A stretch of 64,000 bases of DNA from Perna viridis (taxonomy: Eukaryota), in the NCBI GenBank assembly GCA_037379345.1, contig CM074521.1, positions 27,366,704 to 27,430,703 of the forward strand. The letters run 5' to 3'. Below, in pieces: positions 24,485 to 38,049 of the stretch (the first letter of the stretch is position 1; the number at the start of each line of letters is the position of its first letter). The notes beneath the pieces are model-generated. The model searched no databases. It was not told the DNA's origin and was given only the letters and a program-made list of their open reading frames with translations. The position numbers were made by a program, and so were the translations under genes.

Positions 24485-27400
24485 TACAGTGCTAATCCAA
24501 TGAATATAATATTTTGGTGACCTACAAAGTCTTAATATATTAAATGCAATACCAGCAGAATTCAAAATGTTTACAGGAACCATCAATACTCCATTATGAA
24601 GACTGGTGAGACTTAGTGTCCTGTATATCCCTGGAACCTAAGTTTGATCCTTAAAATAGCAGATTTTAAGGACACAGTGATTCAGAAAAACTTTGAAATT
24701 AAAGGGCACCTCCTGAGAATAATGAGTTTCATTTTAACTCTCTCTTTATTCCATAACTGATGCAAACAAGAAATCTGTGAGTGATGGCTAGTGATACCCC
24801 CGCTTTCAATCATGATATAAGGAACGTAACAAAGTCCATGGTAAACAGGAAGTTGTTGAATTTTCAAAATTGGATTTCACCATAAAACACACCTACAGAA
24901 AGAATGTAAAGAATTAAAGCCTCTGTGATGTGTAGTTGCTGAGTAATGTGCTATGGAAAAAATTGTAACAGATGGACAGATCAGGTAAGACTAATGGTTT
25001 GGATAAGTTGGTCATTCTATTTAGATTTGAAAGTAAGAAGTGCTTCTATTTAGCTAATAGTCCATAAAGATATATGCCTATCTAATTTGTTCCAATGAAC
25101 AGGACATAGAAATGAAATATGATTGTTGAATTAGGAATAAAACAGATGACTTTATTCAACAATGTAAATTTTTAATGATCTCATTTAGATTTTCCTAAAC
25201 ATTACATTCATCTACAAAACTGATCAATAAATTTGATGATATAAAGCCAATATAGACATTTGCTACTAAAGGGAGATGGGAATATTTAGTCACACACATA
25301 TATATAGATGTTTTCTTTTCCAGGGAAATAAGAATATTTAGTCACGTTTAGATACATATTTTCTACTGAGGGACGAAGGGAATATTTAGTCAAGCTTATT
25401 ATTTGATTCTAGTATAAATAAATTTTTGGTTACCATAGCATAGGCTTTTTAAAATATTCATCCTTAAATTTGAAGTCTTACATTATTGACAACTAAGTTT
25501 AAAGGTGAGTTTTAGTTGCTTACAGTGGTAGTCATCCATTAAATTGAGTGAAGTTTGAAACTCCTTACAACAGGATGTTACAACTGTAAACTCAACGATA
25601 CCATATTGGTGAAGACAAATATACCTATTTTTTTAATAAATGATATTAAAATGGCTAGTAATAATGCTAGTCTTTTTTTATTTTTTCGTAATCCAAATGT
25701 AAGCCCAATGTCTATGTCAACAAAATTAGAAAATATCATGAATGTAAATCAAATACGTGAGAATGTATGATGTCACAAATTTGAGAATATTCTCTGACTT
25801 AATTTCTAAAGAACCACAAACAAAACTTGCTTTCTTTTCCCTTCCAAATCTTTTTAGTTCCCTGTGATTTTGCTCTATCACAAGTCTCATGGATGTTTAG
25901 CACAAACACAACAATAACTTCTTTCACTCAAATGGAACACATAGTATAGCATGGGAACAAATAAATGACATTCATCTTTGATCTACAAAAAAAATTAGGT
26001 CAAGTCTTATGTAAAATGAAATAATGCAACAAAAGACATTATTTGCATCCAAACAAATTACTAGCAAAGCAGAATTCATTAATAAGGAAATAATTTTATA
26101 TACCACTTAAAAGATCTTTTGGAAGATTAAAGACTATCCAAAGACAACTTGGAGTGAAGACAACTTGGAGTGTCGACAACTGCTTAAAATGAAAGTAAAC
26201 CACACCCACTCAAATACTTCATCTCAAGTACTTTTCACACATGTCATCATCAAAGACCTCCTTAAAATTACATAACTTTCTACCTAGAGGAGGGTAGATT
26301 ATAAACAAGTTTCCGAAGGGTCATGTAAAAAAACCTTTTTTTTTTCTAAATTGAGATCAGTTAAAAGGGGGATTGATAGGAAGAACCCTCCTTGCACTCC
26401 ACATTTAGGGGGCATAAAGCAGTTGGAACACCCTTCTCTCCATTTTGAAATTTTATTACAATTTTTTTAATATGCTACAATATCCCTGAACAACCAATAT
26501 TTTTGTTGGGAAATTTTATTAATTTTGCATGTTTTGGAACAAAAACTTACAAAAAAAAAAGATAGAATCCAACCCCCTTTAAAAAAAAATCCCAGCCTAT
26601 CTGAATGCCATGATATTCTTTAAAAAAATGAACAAAATATTTCCCAATATTTTGATACTGATCAATGTTACTATAAAGTCAGTCAGCTCCAGTTAAAACA
26701 ACAAATATCAAAATATTGTATATATTTTAGAACACATTCGGATCACTAACACATTAATTCAAGAAGAAATAGGATACTATTAGGAACATGAGTTTTTAAC
26801 AAATACGTCAATAATGTTTATTAAACACTGCAACAGCTAACAGAATACTGTAAAAAAAAACATCATTAAATACAACTAAACCTACAAACAATTCCCAAGG
26901 ACACCTTACAAGGTAATGAAATTCAAACTTACTTTATTGGGCCAAATCCTTTTAAGCCCATTTCCTGCAAGTGAACACAATGTTTCCGTTAAAACGACAG
27001 ATTTGAAGACACAAACTTTAGAATCTGTTTAAAATGCCAACGCAATGCACTGTTATGAGACTGGAATGGATAAAACGTTTCTCAGACTTGGAAGCCTTTA
27101 GGACGAATCAATAAAGTGGAGTTAATTGCGGGTTGAAAACAAAAGTTTCAGCGCTATTAACTTCTAAACTACCAATTAAAGTGACACATCAAAATTAACT
27201 TGCAGTTTCATATCGATTGATCAACAGTACAGTGAATGTTGTTAACAAGTACTGCATACCAAATCATGTCTTCAACTCCAAAAACATTGTTATGAGCGCA
27301 GTATTCTACTGTTATATACAAAATCTACATTAAAATTAGAACAATAGTCTGTTACAATTGAATTGCTTACTGGTTTTATATAAGTGAATAATTAAAATAT

Positions 27401-29716
27401 CCAAAGAAAATTGGCATTATATTTAGTTGTGACAATTGTTAATTGAAAATGATGTAGTAACAACTCAGAACACACATTTTTATTCTCCTTTTTCTCAACT
27501 GTTTTGTATTTTGTATATGCAATATTAACAAATTATGCTGCTGACCTAAGTATTCTATTAACAGTCTACATAAAGAGATGACAAAAATATATCTGTTTCT
27601 TGATTCCATTATATAAATTCTTTAAATATTTAGTCATAAGACTGAAACCAAAGACACAACTTGAATTCTATGGGGACTCTTTATTCTATATGGAATCAAT
27701 ATAAAAACTGACTAACGATTAACAGGAAAGGGTATTAAAATGAGGTGTAAATTTCAAGGGAATTGAAATCTACATAATTCAGGTGATATTAAGTATATTT
27801 TATAACAAGTTTGTAGGGGCTTTTAATGGACCGACAACAATAGATACTCGTAGACCAAAAAAGTCAATTTCCCAATTTTTTGTCCATTAAGACCTTACCT
27901 TTTGAGATTTTTACTGTAAAGTTGCTATTTCTGGGTATTATAACTAACAGAGGTCATTTACCAGAGACAAATACCATCATCAAGTCATGATACAAATTAG
28001 AATACTTACAAAAAGTTCGGAAAACTAGTGGGCAAAACCGAGACTTCCCACAAAATGCTGTATACATCGCAAGATCATTACAGATAACTTAATAGAACAA
28101 GTAGGAGGCTTCATTTTAAGGCCAACAAAAATAGGTCTTATTTTATTTTCAAAAAATGTTTACATTGAGTTAATAGAAACAATCTAGACTTTAACAGAGC
28201 TTGTGTCAAAATGGCCATAAAATATTTTGAGTGGGCACAAAAAATTAGGGTAGGTAGGGTAGCAGGAAACAGATATATTAGTTTTTTGGCCTTATTGTAT
28301 GTTAAAGACTACTGTAAATATTGAAATGTTTGGTAAAATGTAATTTTTATGGCATTATTGGCTGCATGGTAAAATATTTCATGGGTGTTAATTCTTTGGT
28401 AGATGTTGTAATGTCCACGACTCATTTAAATTGGAAAATTCTGTGGATGTTTCATTACCGTGGATGTTGTGAAAACCACTCCATGCACATATTTCCACCT
28501 AGACAGTGTGTGTGGGAACATCTGAATATTACTTAAAATAGCTGTGATTTCTTTCTGATATCACACTTTTTCAGTTTTTTTCTCACAAATTGACTTCATG
28601 ACCTAATAATAGTTTCTTTTCAGAACAATCTTTTAAGAAAATCTCCCTGATAGGAAAGTTAGATAGATTCCAACATGCATGCACCAAATAATACACAAGT
28701 CATCAAAATATTTTTGTTCCCCAGAAACACGCATTCAGCAATCCTGAAAGAAATACCTCCCTAGAACAATTAAGAAAGGAACACAAGTTCTCTACTTGTC
28801 AATGTTGACAGTGTAAAAAAGTTCTTTGAAAATTGATTGCCAAATGTTGTAGGTTTTAAGTGGTACCTTCAAAGTTTTAACATGTAAGCATGTACCTAGA
28901 TAATAAATGTATGTAAAACACTAAACTACCTTGGGCTCAAGTCATGAACACAGCAGGTAATGCTTAATTAAATATATTGCTTTCACTAGGTTTAGCTCAG
29001 CTGTTTTTCTCTTCCATGTTTTTTACTTTTCGTCTAACTTAGAATTACCTTAATTTCTCGATAACTACAACTTTACATAATTTATTTTTTTTATCTTTTT
29101 TTCTTCTATACCTTCCTTAACTGATTAATGTGTGGCCATATCAGTCTATTTCATGCATTTATTGTAAACAAAATTATTTTCAATAATCTCCCGCGTAAGA
29201 AAAACACATGAAAATAAATTACTGTAAATATAGGCCCCATTCATTATGAAAAACATGTTAAAAAGTGTTGGTGGCAAAAATAAATTAAATTGATATCGTG
29301 AAATACAAAAATAAGCGTCATAGGAAATATAATTAACAAATTAAAGTACATGTATGTTTATTGTACTATGGTAATAAAATGGCGCTTATCGGTGAAAACA
29401 TCGTTACTGAAATTCAGAAATGTACCCAAATGAAACAAAATTAAATCAATTTGATACTTATTAACTTGGGGAAAAATAACCAGTAGTAATATAGCCTCTA
29501 ACAAAAATTTGGCACTGCTTTGAGTGCTGGTGTATCATTTATTTACAATAGCTTTTTTGTCTTAGAAGACTAATTGTTCTACAGATATCTTCAATGATGT
29601 AATTCAACAACTGCTACTCCATGTACTGACAAACATTTTAATCAAACAAAGTAAATTTATTTTATGGAATAGCATCTAGGCAATCATTGTGAATTTTCCC
29701 ATAAATCTTTATCGGG

Positions 29717-29826
29717 TCAAAGATCTTCTATGGAAAAGTCAAAGGACAGGATGACTTTGCCCCCTTCGGTTTCCGATCTATTCCAATCATGGATCATGTC
29801 AGACCCGTTCATCAACCCTAAGATAC
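29717..29826 (-). other. Candidate alternative exon in the ZC3H10 leader with a 35-codon phase-1 frame
   Basis: Acceptor ttaatgttctcattcacAG (exon starts at 29826), a GC/CpG-enriched island, and the frame ILGLMNGSDMIHDWNRSETEGGKVILSFDFSIEDL*. No clear downstream donor. Confidence 0.3.
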
Positions 29827-30820
29827 CTGTGAATGAGAACATTAATAATTCAAAACAATGTCAGCTTCACTTCCCAAACTATTTGCAATTCATGGTTTTG
29901 TTAATTTTTCACCATTTGGTGTAATTATCAAACGTTTTCCCATCAAAACCTTCAAAGGGAATATGCAATTAACATTGTACACACAGCACAAACTATTCTG
30001 TATTATCATCTCAGCTTTGCTCAATTTAATTTCCTAGCATAGTGTTTTAATCACCTTGGAGCAAAGTTAGGAACATTACAAACAAGGGGTAATTAATGTA
30101 CACGATCAACAAACATATGTGATGGATAGGGCTAATCATGTGATCAAACAACATACAAGTCTGTGTGTTATGGAATGGCATAAGTAGGGAGGTGTGAAAA
30201 TCGGTAAAATGAGTTATTAACATACTGACCAAATATGGAGAAAGTTTCTGTTGTATTTGAATAAAATATTCAATGATATTAAAGGCATTATTAATGGGAA
30301 TTAAATTAAATAAAGCAGCAACATATTGAAAGATCAGTGTTCAATTCTCCAACTGCTTGAAAGTAGTGTGAGCAGGAAATGGCCTTACACGGCTTATTAT
30401 GGAGTAAAATCTCTTATGTCATCTTCCATTTTTTAAATTAAAAAAAGAACTAGTATTTCATTAAAAAAAAATTAATTTATGTGGTACAAGTCTTGCTTTT
30501 CATAGACCATGTAAAACTTGCAATATTACTATTAAACTAGAAATGTCAACATTGACTTCAATACTGTCATCATAAATAATAAAACAAACAGCTCTGTCCG
30601 TTTCCATGTTAACCAAGAACACATGTAAAATCAGAAACACAAAAAATAAGAAAACTGCTTTATACAGAATGATGCCAGGACAGGTATACCAGAAGCAAGA
30701 CCATAATAAATAAAAAAAACAAAACAAAACAAACAAAAAACCAGATGTTGCACATTACACCCTGTTATCATTTCAAAGCTGAGAAACAGAGACACAGTAC
30801 AAATCATCATGAGAAAGTAA

Positions 30821-31021
30821 TACTGTGAAAGTACTTTAAAGTGGATACCAATTTTTATGGATAAGGGAAGAAACACAAGTTCGTATATTCTTGAGGATTT
30901 GAGGATTTCAGTATACACATCAAAGAAAATTTCCTTTTCGGTGGGAACCAAATCTCATGGTTTTGTCTACCCAAAAAACCACGCAAACTGGTACCCCAAG
31001 AAAAATAGTACTTTCACAGTA
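30821..31021. mobile_element. TA-flanked MITE, copy B
   Basis: Perfect 15-bp inverted ends including TA: TACTGTGAAAGTACT (30821-30835) and AGTACTTTCACAGTA (31007-31021). Confidence 0.85.
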
Positions 31022-31130
31022 TACCAAATATCTTAGCATTCTCTCCAGTAGATGAGAAATCTGTCATCAAAAAAGGAATGGATGGAGGGACAAACAAGGT
31101 GATTGCAATATAGCCTTCACAGCCCTATAT

Positions 31131-31692
31131 AAACAAGCGGCTCCCAGGAGCCTGAATCGCTCACCTTGTTAAATTTTGCCTTTCAAAGGCAATAAATTAA
31201 ACAAGAAGTTGTCCAACAATTCTGACTCAAGAAGTCTTTGGTAGGACTTGTCACAAGATCTTTTCAACAATTGAAAGTTTCTTTTAATCTATCATAGTTT
31301 TCAAGATATTGACTGAATAAAAAAGAAGTCATTTTTCCCATTTCAAGGGCAATAACTCTTACAAGGAGTCTGAAGACTTTTGTAGTCCTAATATTATGGA
31401 TCATTTCAGCTATTGAAAAAAATTGGATAAACCTAACGGTTTTGGAGATATATGTGAAAAACTACTGTCTAACCCCTATGTTCTACTTTTAGTAATGGCA
31501 GCTATGTTTTTCGACGAATCAAAATTTCCCACATCAGTTCTATGCAGGATACCCAAGGAACATTCATACCAAGTTTGGTTCTAATTAGTCAAGTAGTTTC
31601 AGAGGAGAAGAGTTTTGTATAATTGTTAACAACTACAATGACTGATGCCAAGTGATGGCAATAGCTCACATGGCCTTTGGCCAGGTGAGCTA
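31131..31692. mobile_element. Non-autonomous Helentron-type element (HINE)
   Basis: Left end AAACAAG plus palindrome GGCTCCCAGGAGCC plus GCTCACCT. Right end hairpin AGCTCACATGGCCTTTGGCCAGGTGAGCT followed by an A-tract. Confidence 0.8.
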
Positions 31693-32503
31693 AAAAAAAA
31701 AAAAAACAGAATAAAACCATCCCTGATTGAACTTGCTTGTACTTAGTTCCTGGTTTATGTTTACATTGAGAGTGCACTGACACAGCGGAATTACTTATAA
31801 GTTAATTCATGTCATATTTTCTTTCAACATAATTTCTAATTTTATCCACTCCTTTAAGCTATTCTCTAGAGTGCAGTTTAGCTCTTTTAGACAACTTTTT
31901 AAATTTTGTACCCAAAACACCCTTTCCACCAGATTATTAACGCTTTTTGCTTCAATCACAACCATCTATATACTCATCCCCATTCTAGAGTAATAGGGAC
32001 TGTTTTTCTATCTTATTTGTCAAGTCAGACCTCACATGGTCATCTGAGTTAGAGGGAGATTACTAAGGTGGTTAATGGAAATCACACTCAAACACATTAT
32101 TTTCTTTGACCCCCTTCATTAAAAGAAGTGTCTTAATCTGTGCCTCCAGTGATACAGTCAAGTGCGTCAACAAAAAACTTACCAATAAATGTCTCATCTG
32201 AGGTTGAATAACACCTTAACCTGAGTTGTAAAGGGCAGATGAACAGGCAAATGGGCCAGTAAGCCATTCAATTTGCCCAATCTTTGTTAGTTCTACATTT
32301 AAGTTTACAATGTAAGATTGCCCTGCAAGGGTATATTTTTCTAAATGTAATGCACTTTAATAAATGCAAATAAGATGACTCAAGATGCTGTTTGAAATTT
32401 AAGACTGGTTTAAGGCATCCACTTCATCTAAACATTTTAAAACTTGATGACTGTTTGTGTTTGTAAATGGATCTCTATTAACATCTGAAGGATGAATCAG
32501 ATT

Positions 32504-32657
32504 CTTGACTGAAAATGAGGCAATTCTTTATAAACTGACTCTATATCATGGATCCTTGACGGAAATTGAGACAATTCTTTATAAACTGACTCTATATCAT
32601 GGATCCTTGACTGAAAATGAGGCAATTCTTTATAAACTGACTCTATATCATGGATCC
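32504..32657. repeat. Tandem repeat, 3 x 51 bp
   Basis: CTTGACTGAAAATGAGGCAATTCTTTATAAACTGACTCTATATCATGGATC at 32504, 32555 and 32606. Confidence 0.95.
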
Positions 32658-32834
32658 CAAGCTTAGTTTACTGCTGAATTTTTAATTATTCTCCCTCCTC
32701 TTACCCTACCTGCTGTCTGCTTTTCACATTCTGTGAATAAGTAGTTCCAAGGTAAAACTATTGTATCTAACATTCATGGTATTGCATGGAAAAACACATA
32801 TTTATTCCATGAGAGTTCATGATTTTCAAGTTCA

Positions 32835-33050
32835 TATATCAAGGTTATTTCAGAATTCACAACTTTAGTTTCATGGTACAGTGTACATCAAGGTCAATTC
32901 AACTTCATGGTATATAAAGGTCAATTCAACTTCATAGTATATAAAGGTAATTTCAGTTTTAGTTTCATGCTATATCAAGGTAATTCAATTTCTTGGTTTA
33001 TTGAGGTAATTCTAATTTCATAGAATATTCACAAGTAAATTCAGTTTCAT
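32835..33050. repeat. Degenerate ~27-bp minisatellite (TATCAAGGTCAATTCAACTTCATGG-like)
   Basis: Repeated AAGGT(C/A)ATT...TTCAT motif. Confidence 0.7.
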
Positions 33051-36000
33051 GAGAAAAAAAACTAAAAATCAAATATAAATGGCCTACTAATGACTACTTC
33101 AAGTGCATTTTGTTTAAACACTCACTGATTGAGATGATTAACTAAAACAAGCTTATTTATTGATTGATTAATTGATTGGGTTCTAATTTAATACTGTGGT
33201 GATTATAAATGGAACATGATATTGTAATTAGATTACCTCTAGAAAAAAGAATCAAATAATTGATCCACAGAGTTCATAGAATTTGATCATAAAACTCAAC
33301 TCTATTTGAACCATACAAGGTAACATGTTTAGAAATGCTTAAAATGAAATTGTAAAATCTTATGTCTCTTTGAATAAATTGAAGCATTAAATCGCCTTTA
33401 ACTGGGACAATAGATTAGAAAAATCCAAATTTTTTTTTTTAAATTATAAACAAATTTTGGCGCCATGGGAAAGATAATGCTAAAAATTGATTCAAAAATC
33501 ATGCTGGCATTTTAGTACACATCTATGAATAATTAAGTTTAGTGATGATGTAAAACTAACCATTATTTACTTTTTAAAGTTCAAAAACAGGAATCAATAT
33601 TATTTACAAGGAAATATCGTGTCTGGGACTCAAGTTGGATCAATTTCAAGTGGTAATCAATCTTGCTTTAAAAGATTTTGTTGTGCAACATGAGAAATAT
33701 ACATGTGTTTGTGGTCTTTAGACACACCGTATTATCCAAATATATGAAATCAGAAATCAGGTTTCTGATGAGAGCGTTTCACACAGAATATTTGAAAATG
33801 AAAACAACAAAAAAATAGAACACCAAAAAATGTGATGAAAATGCATTAAGAAATTTTGAAAAATAAGAAGTTTAAAATATTTCAACATTAAAGATTTAGT
33901 ATTCATTTAATACGTAACGACTTAGGTTTAGTATAGTATATTATCAAAAAATAAAAATGTTATTAATGGAATAGATTTAGTTTTACAACATTAAATTCCT
34001 GTTGGAGGGTTAAAAGATGGGTATCAGAATCTAAAGGATATAAATACAAGTATCACATTGAGAGGTACAGACATAAATTGCATTTGCAGGTATTTCATAA
34101 GCATATTTCACAATAAAAATTCCAATACCTGCCATCAATAATACAACAAAATTTTGAAATTCTTCTTCATTTGCTGAAAAAAACACCTGTACCTGATAAG
34201 GGGAGATAACACATGTTTGATTAAGCAACACCCCTCCCCTCAAAAATAGTATTCATCAGTTTTGACATTTTTATATGAATTTAATGGTGAATGTGGAATA
34301 GAAATATTATTCCTATAATTAAATTGATCAAATAATCAGACAGATAATCTATAAACCACCCATTTTACCTTTCCATTAAGATTTATAAGCAGATAACAAC
34401 AGAACAAAACTTAAAGACTATGAAAGAAAACAAAACAAAATTTAGGTCTATGGATGCTTTTAAAAATGTTGAAGTACTTATCAACCTCAAACATGGAATA
34501 ACAATATAGTAATTCAAATCTTTACCACAGAAGCAATGTATTTTGATAAGTTCAAGATTGGATGTATAATTTCAGGGCCTCGCAGTCATTCATCACATGG
34601 GTGGACGGTTACACCATGAAAATCACAATTCAATGACCAAACAGATCCCTACTCTATAGTAGAATCAGCTATGCCCATACTTGCAAAATAAGACAGATTG
34701 ATAAAACTAGGTCCACAGTGCATCATTCTAATTAAATATTTATAATATGATCCATCCACAGGTTTCAACAATACCTCCATTCAATTTAAACAAAATTAGC
34801 ATATACTTCACATGTATCAGGATGATATATGACTCCATCATGTTCAATGGTATATTGTATCAGGATACATTTACAATCCTTAAGGGCTCTCCTGCTAGTG
34901 TACATAGCTAAAATTTACTGCCTAATATTTCAATACCCCTTAAATCGAGTGAGTCATTCATCCAGGGTCTAATTTGGAGACAGTGTCCTCTAAACCAGCT
35001 TAACACCAGGACAAATCTGTAACTTAAACATTAAAAGTTGGAAGTCAATGATCCCACAGTAAAATAAGCTTGAAACAAAGGTAGCTATCCAGAATAACAT
35101 GTATTGCTATGTAACCAAACCACAATTTTCTGCCAAAATATGGCCTTATCCTTTCATCAGTATGTAGAGTGTTTACAAACTTGTACATTGGTGACATATA
35201 ACTGTATAGTTGCCTGGAAGACTTCATATCAACTACTTAAACAATAAAGGTTTCTTAATAACATGTCACAAATGGGTACAATTGTCTAGCTGCAGAGAAG
35301 ATCAATTTAAATCATACCAACCAAACAAAACACATGTAGGACAATGGTACCAGATACATGTATGTCCCCATAATAGATTTTCAAATAAAATGGATTTTCA
35401 ATTCTCATCTGTGTTAAGCATTTCAGGAGACTTCTGCTCAAATGTCAAAACAGACTTCTGGTAAATTTAAATTGGGTTCAAATGAAAACCTGAAGAAGTT
35501 CAATAAGTTCAGTATTGTATTTTAAGTAATGAAATAAATATTGACATGAGCATGTATCACTTTCAAAAGAACATCATGGATTTATTTCCTCATCATTTAC
35601 AACAAAACCCAAATATCCAGGACTTTGAAGGATATTAACTGGCACTTATGCTGTAAAATACCAATAACCTCCCTTGATTAGGGTGCTTATATATATACCA
35701 TAACCATTTTATTACACTTTAATGACAGATTTCCAAGTGTGATGTTCATCATAAAATTATGACAAGATGTACACTGTAAAAATAATCACAGTATTTTTTT
35801 ATTGCATTACATGTAAAACAGGAGTTACTGCCCCCAATCAACCTTAGTGTATTGCAATTAAAATGACCTTAGTAAGGTCATAAAAGATCTATTCTTAGGT
35901 CAGATTGATGTAATAAATACTAGGTGAAAGGTGAAAAGTTGTGATCTGATCTACATGTATAATCTCCTTAGGTAATTTGATAGATACTTACATGTACATG

Positions 36001-37861
36001 ATTCATATCAGATTATATTAATATAGAGAATTCACCTACTGAACTTAACATAAATGGTTGAGACCCAATGGCAATCTGATTTCAGATATGCCATGAAGAA
36101 TCAGAAAGCCCCTCTTTTTTCTCTCGAAGTAAACAAATCCCAATTAATATCCAAGTTAATTGAAAAGAAAGCCTGTTTATTACATTGAAAAGATGTTCTA
36201 TTAAATGAGAAAAACAAATATATTTAAAAATAAATAAAAAAATAAAGTATATTACTAACAAATATACAATGCACTAAGCTGATGGCACCGAGTATTTGGT
36301 ATGATTTAGAGAAGTTTTGAATGGGAAAGGGTCCTTTACAATAACCTTAAGAACAAGTGATCAAACCTTTTTTCAATATAAATATGAAAAGGATGAGTGT
36401 CAATAAGGGCCATTTTTTGGCCCTATCTCAAAAGCTTGTATTTTTGGGGTCATCTGGTAGAATTAACATCACTTTGGTATATAAAGGCAATTCTAAGTCC
36501 TTTTAGAAGAACAAAAACCATGAAAATGAATAAACTAAGACTTAAGAATTTCAGGATTCAGGCCTTTCATTAAGAGGCAGAACTTATACCCTTCTAAGCT
36601 ACTGAAAGGTACCTCCTGAATTTTAAATTTTTATATACGTTTATAAAAGAAAATTATGAAAAGTACCTACTACAAAACCAAAAACCAAAGGTACTTGTAT
36701 TGCAAAAAAATAATGAAACCGCTGGGATTAAATCTAGAACAATAGACAGTATGACGTATGATAATTGAAACATTTTAGAAAAATGCATTTCAAATAACAA
36801 TGACAAGAAACTTTTCTATTCATGGCATATGCTCCATTTCCAAAAATGTCAAGAATTTGCCGATAAATTTTATTCTCAAAGTAAGTATCTATAATATACA
36901 TTTTATAATTTGAGTAAAACTTAATCCAAACAATTCTTCAGTATTCAATCATTTTTGTCTATTCTGAGTACTTGAGACTTTCAAATATTTTACCATGTTA
37001 AATAGCCCTTAGTTCAGACTAAAAACCTTCATAAATAAGTGCATGAAAACGGATTTGTTTCTGATTTAGAGAAATCGTCGCCAGTCTAAATGCAGTGCAA
37101 ATATTTATACAAGTGGCTTTCATTTCTTTTAAAGGAATATCTCTTTTAATACAAAGATATGGTCTACATTTTAGTATATACAGTTACTCTTAAGATTAGG
37201 CTTGAAAAACCATAAGCATTAGTGATAAGACATAAAATAGAGCATATTTTTTATTGACCTTTCAGTTTGCACATCCAACAACAAGTCATAAGACCATTTT
37301 AAAAATTTTCTAAATATACCAAAATTTTTAAAAGTCTGTACCAAGTTTTAAGACTGTGATATCGTACAATCATTAGGACCAGCTCTGTCAAACAAAAACA
37401 ATACTTGGGTTACATTTCAGACACTACAACCTCCATATGTCAATAAATAGAAAATACATTTAAGACACAATACTCTCCTAATATTTATAAACAAAAAATG
37501 TGTATGGCCATTCAGATTGGCCAATTGTGCAAATGACTTCACTGTGAAATTAATTTAATATTTAACTCAGAAAAATAGCACTTTCCGTTATCAATAGGGC
37601 CTACCTACATGTATGCATGTTGAACTAAGGTACAATTATTTCTTTCAGGAGAAAGTCTTTCTTCATATTCTCATCTTATAAGAAGTATTACTCCATTCAC
37701 ATCCAAAAAAACTAAATTTATCAAAACAAGGAGATTCTTAATTATGAATCCATTATAAATAAATGATTCGTAAAATTTGAAATTTGATAAAGCACATGGT
37801 TTAATTTGAGGTGCTAAGGAGGTTGTCCATCAGTCAACCCAATCATTGTAGCCTACAGTAC

Positions 37862-38049
37862 CTGAACCGATCCGTGCAACAAAAATTGTCATCATTGGTC
37901 ATCGATCATTTTCCGTTCAGTCATCGATCCGTCAAACTGATCCATTTAACTGGTGATCGCATCATGTGACCACAGAGCGGTCAATGTGTTTTACGCTTTT
38001 TGTTGTTTTCTTTGTCAATTTTACACATATTTACAGGAATGTAAATGCA
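37862..38049 (-). other. Candidate non-coding, ATG-dense 5' UTR exon of ZC3H10
   Basis: Acceptor ctgtgctgttacAG (38051-38050) and a weak donor CAG|GTACTG (37862/37861). About 8 CpG in 37861-37980 and 8 ATGs in 37890-37965. Confidence 0.4.

Noticed and set aside
33760-33810. Hammerhead ribozyme at CTGATGAG (also checked 4491, 10555, 35153)
   Set aside because: No stem II followed by GAAA and no pairing flanks.
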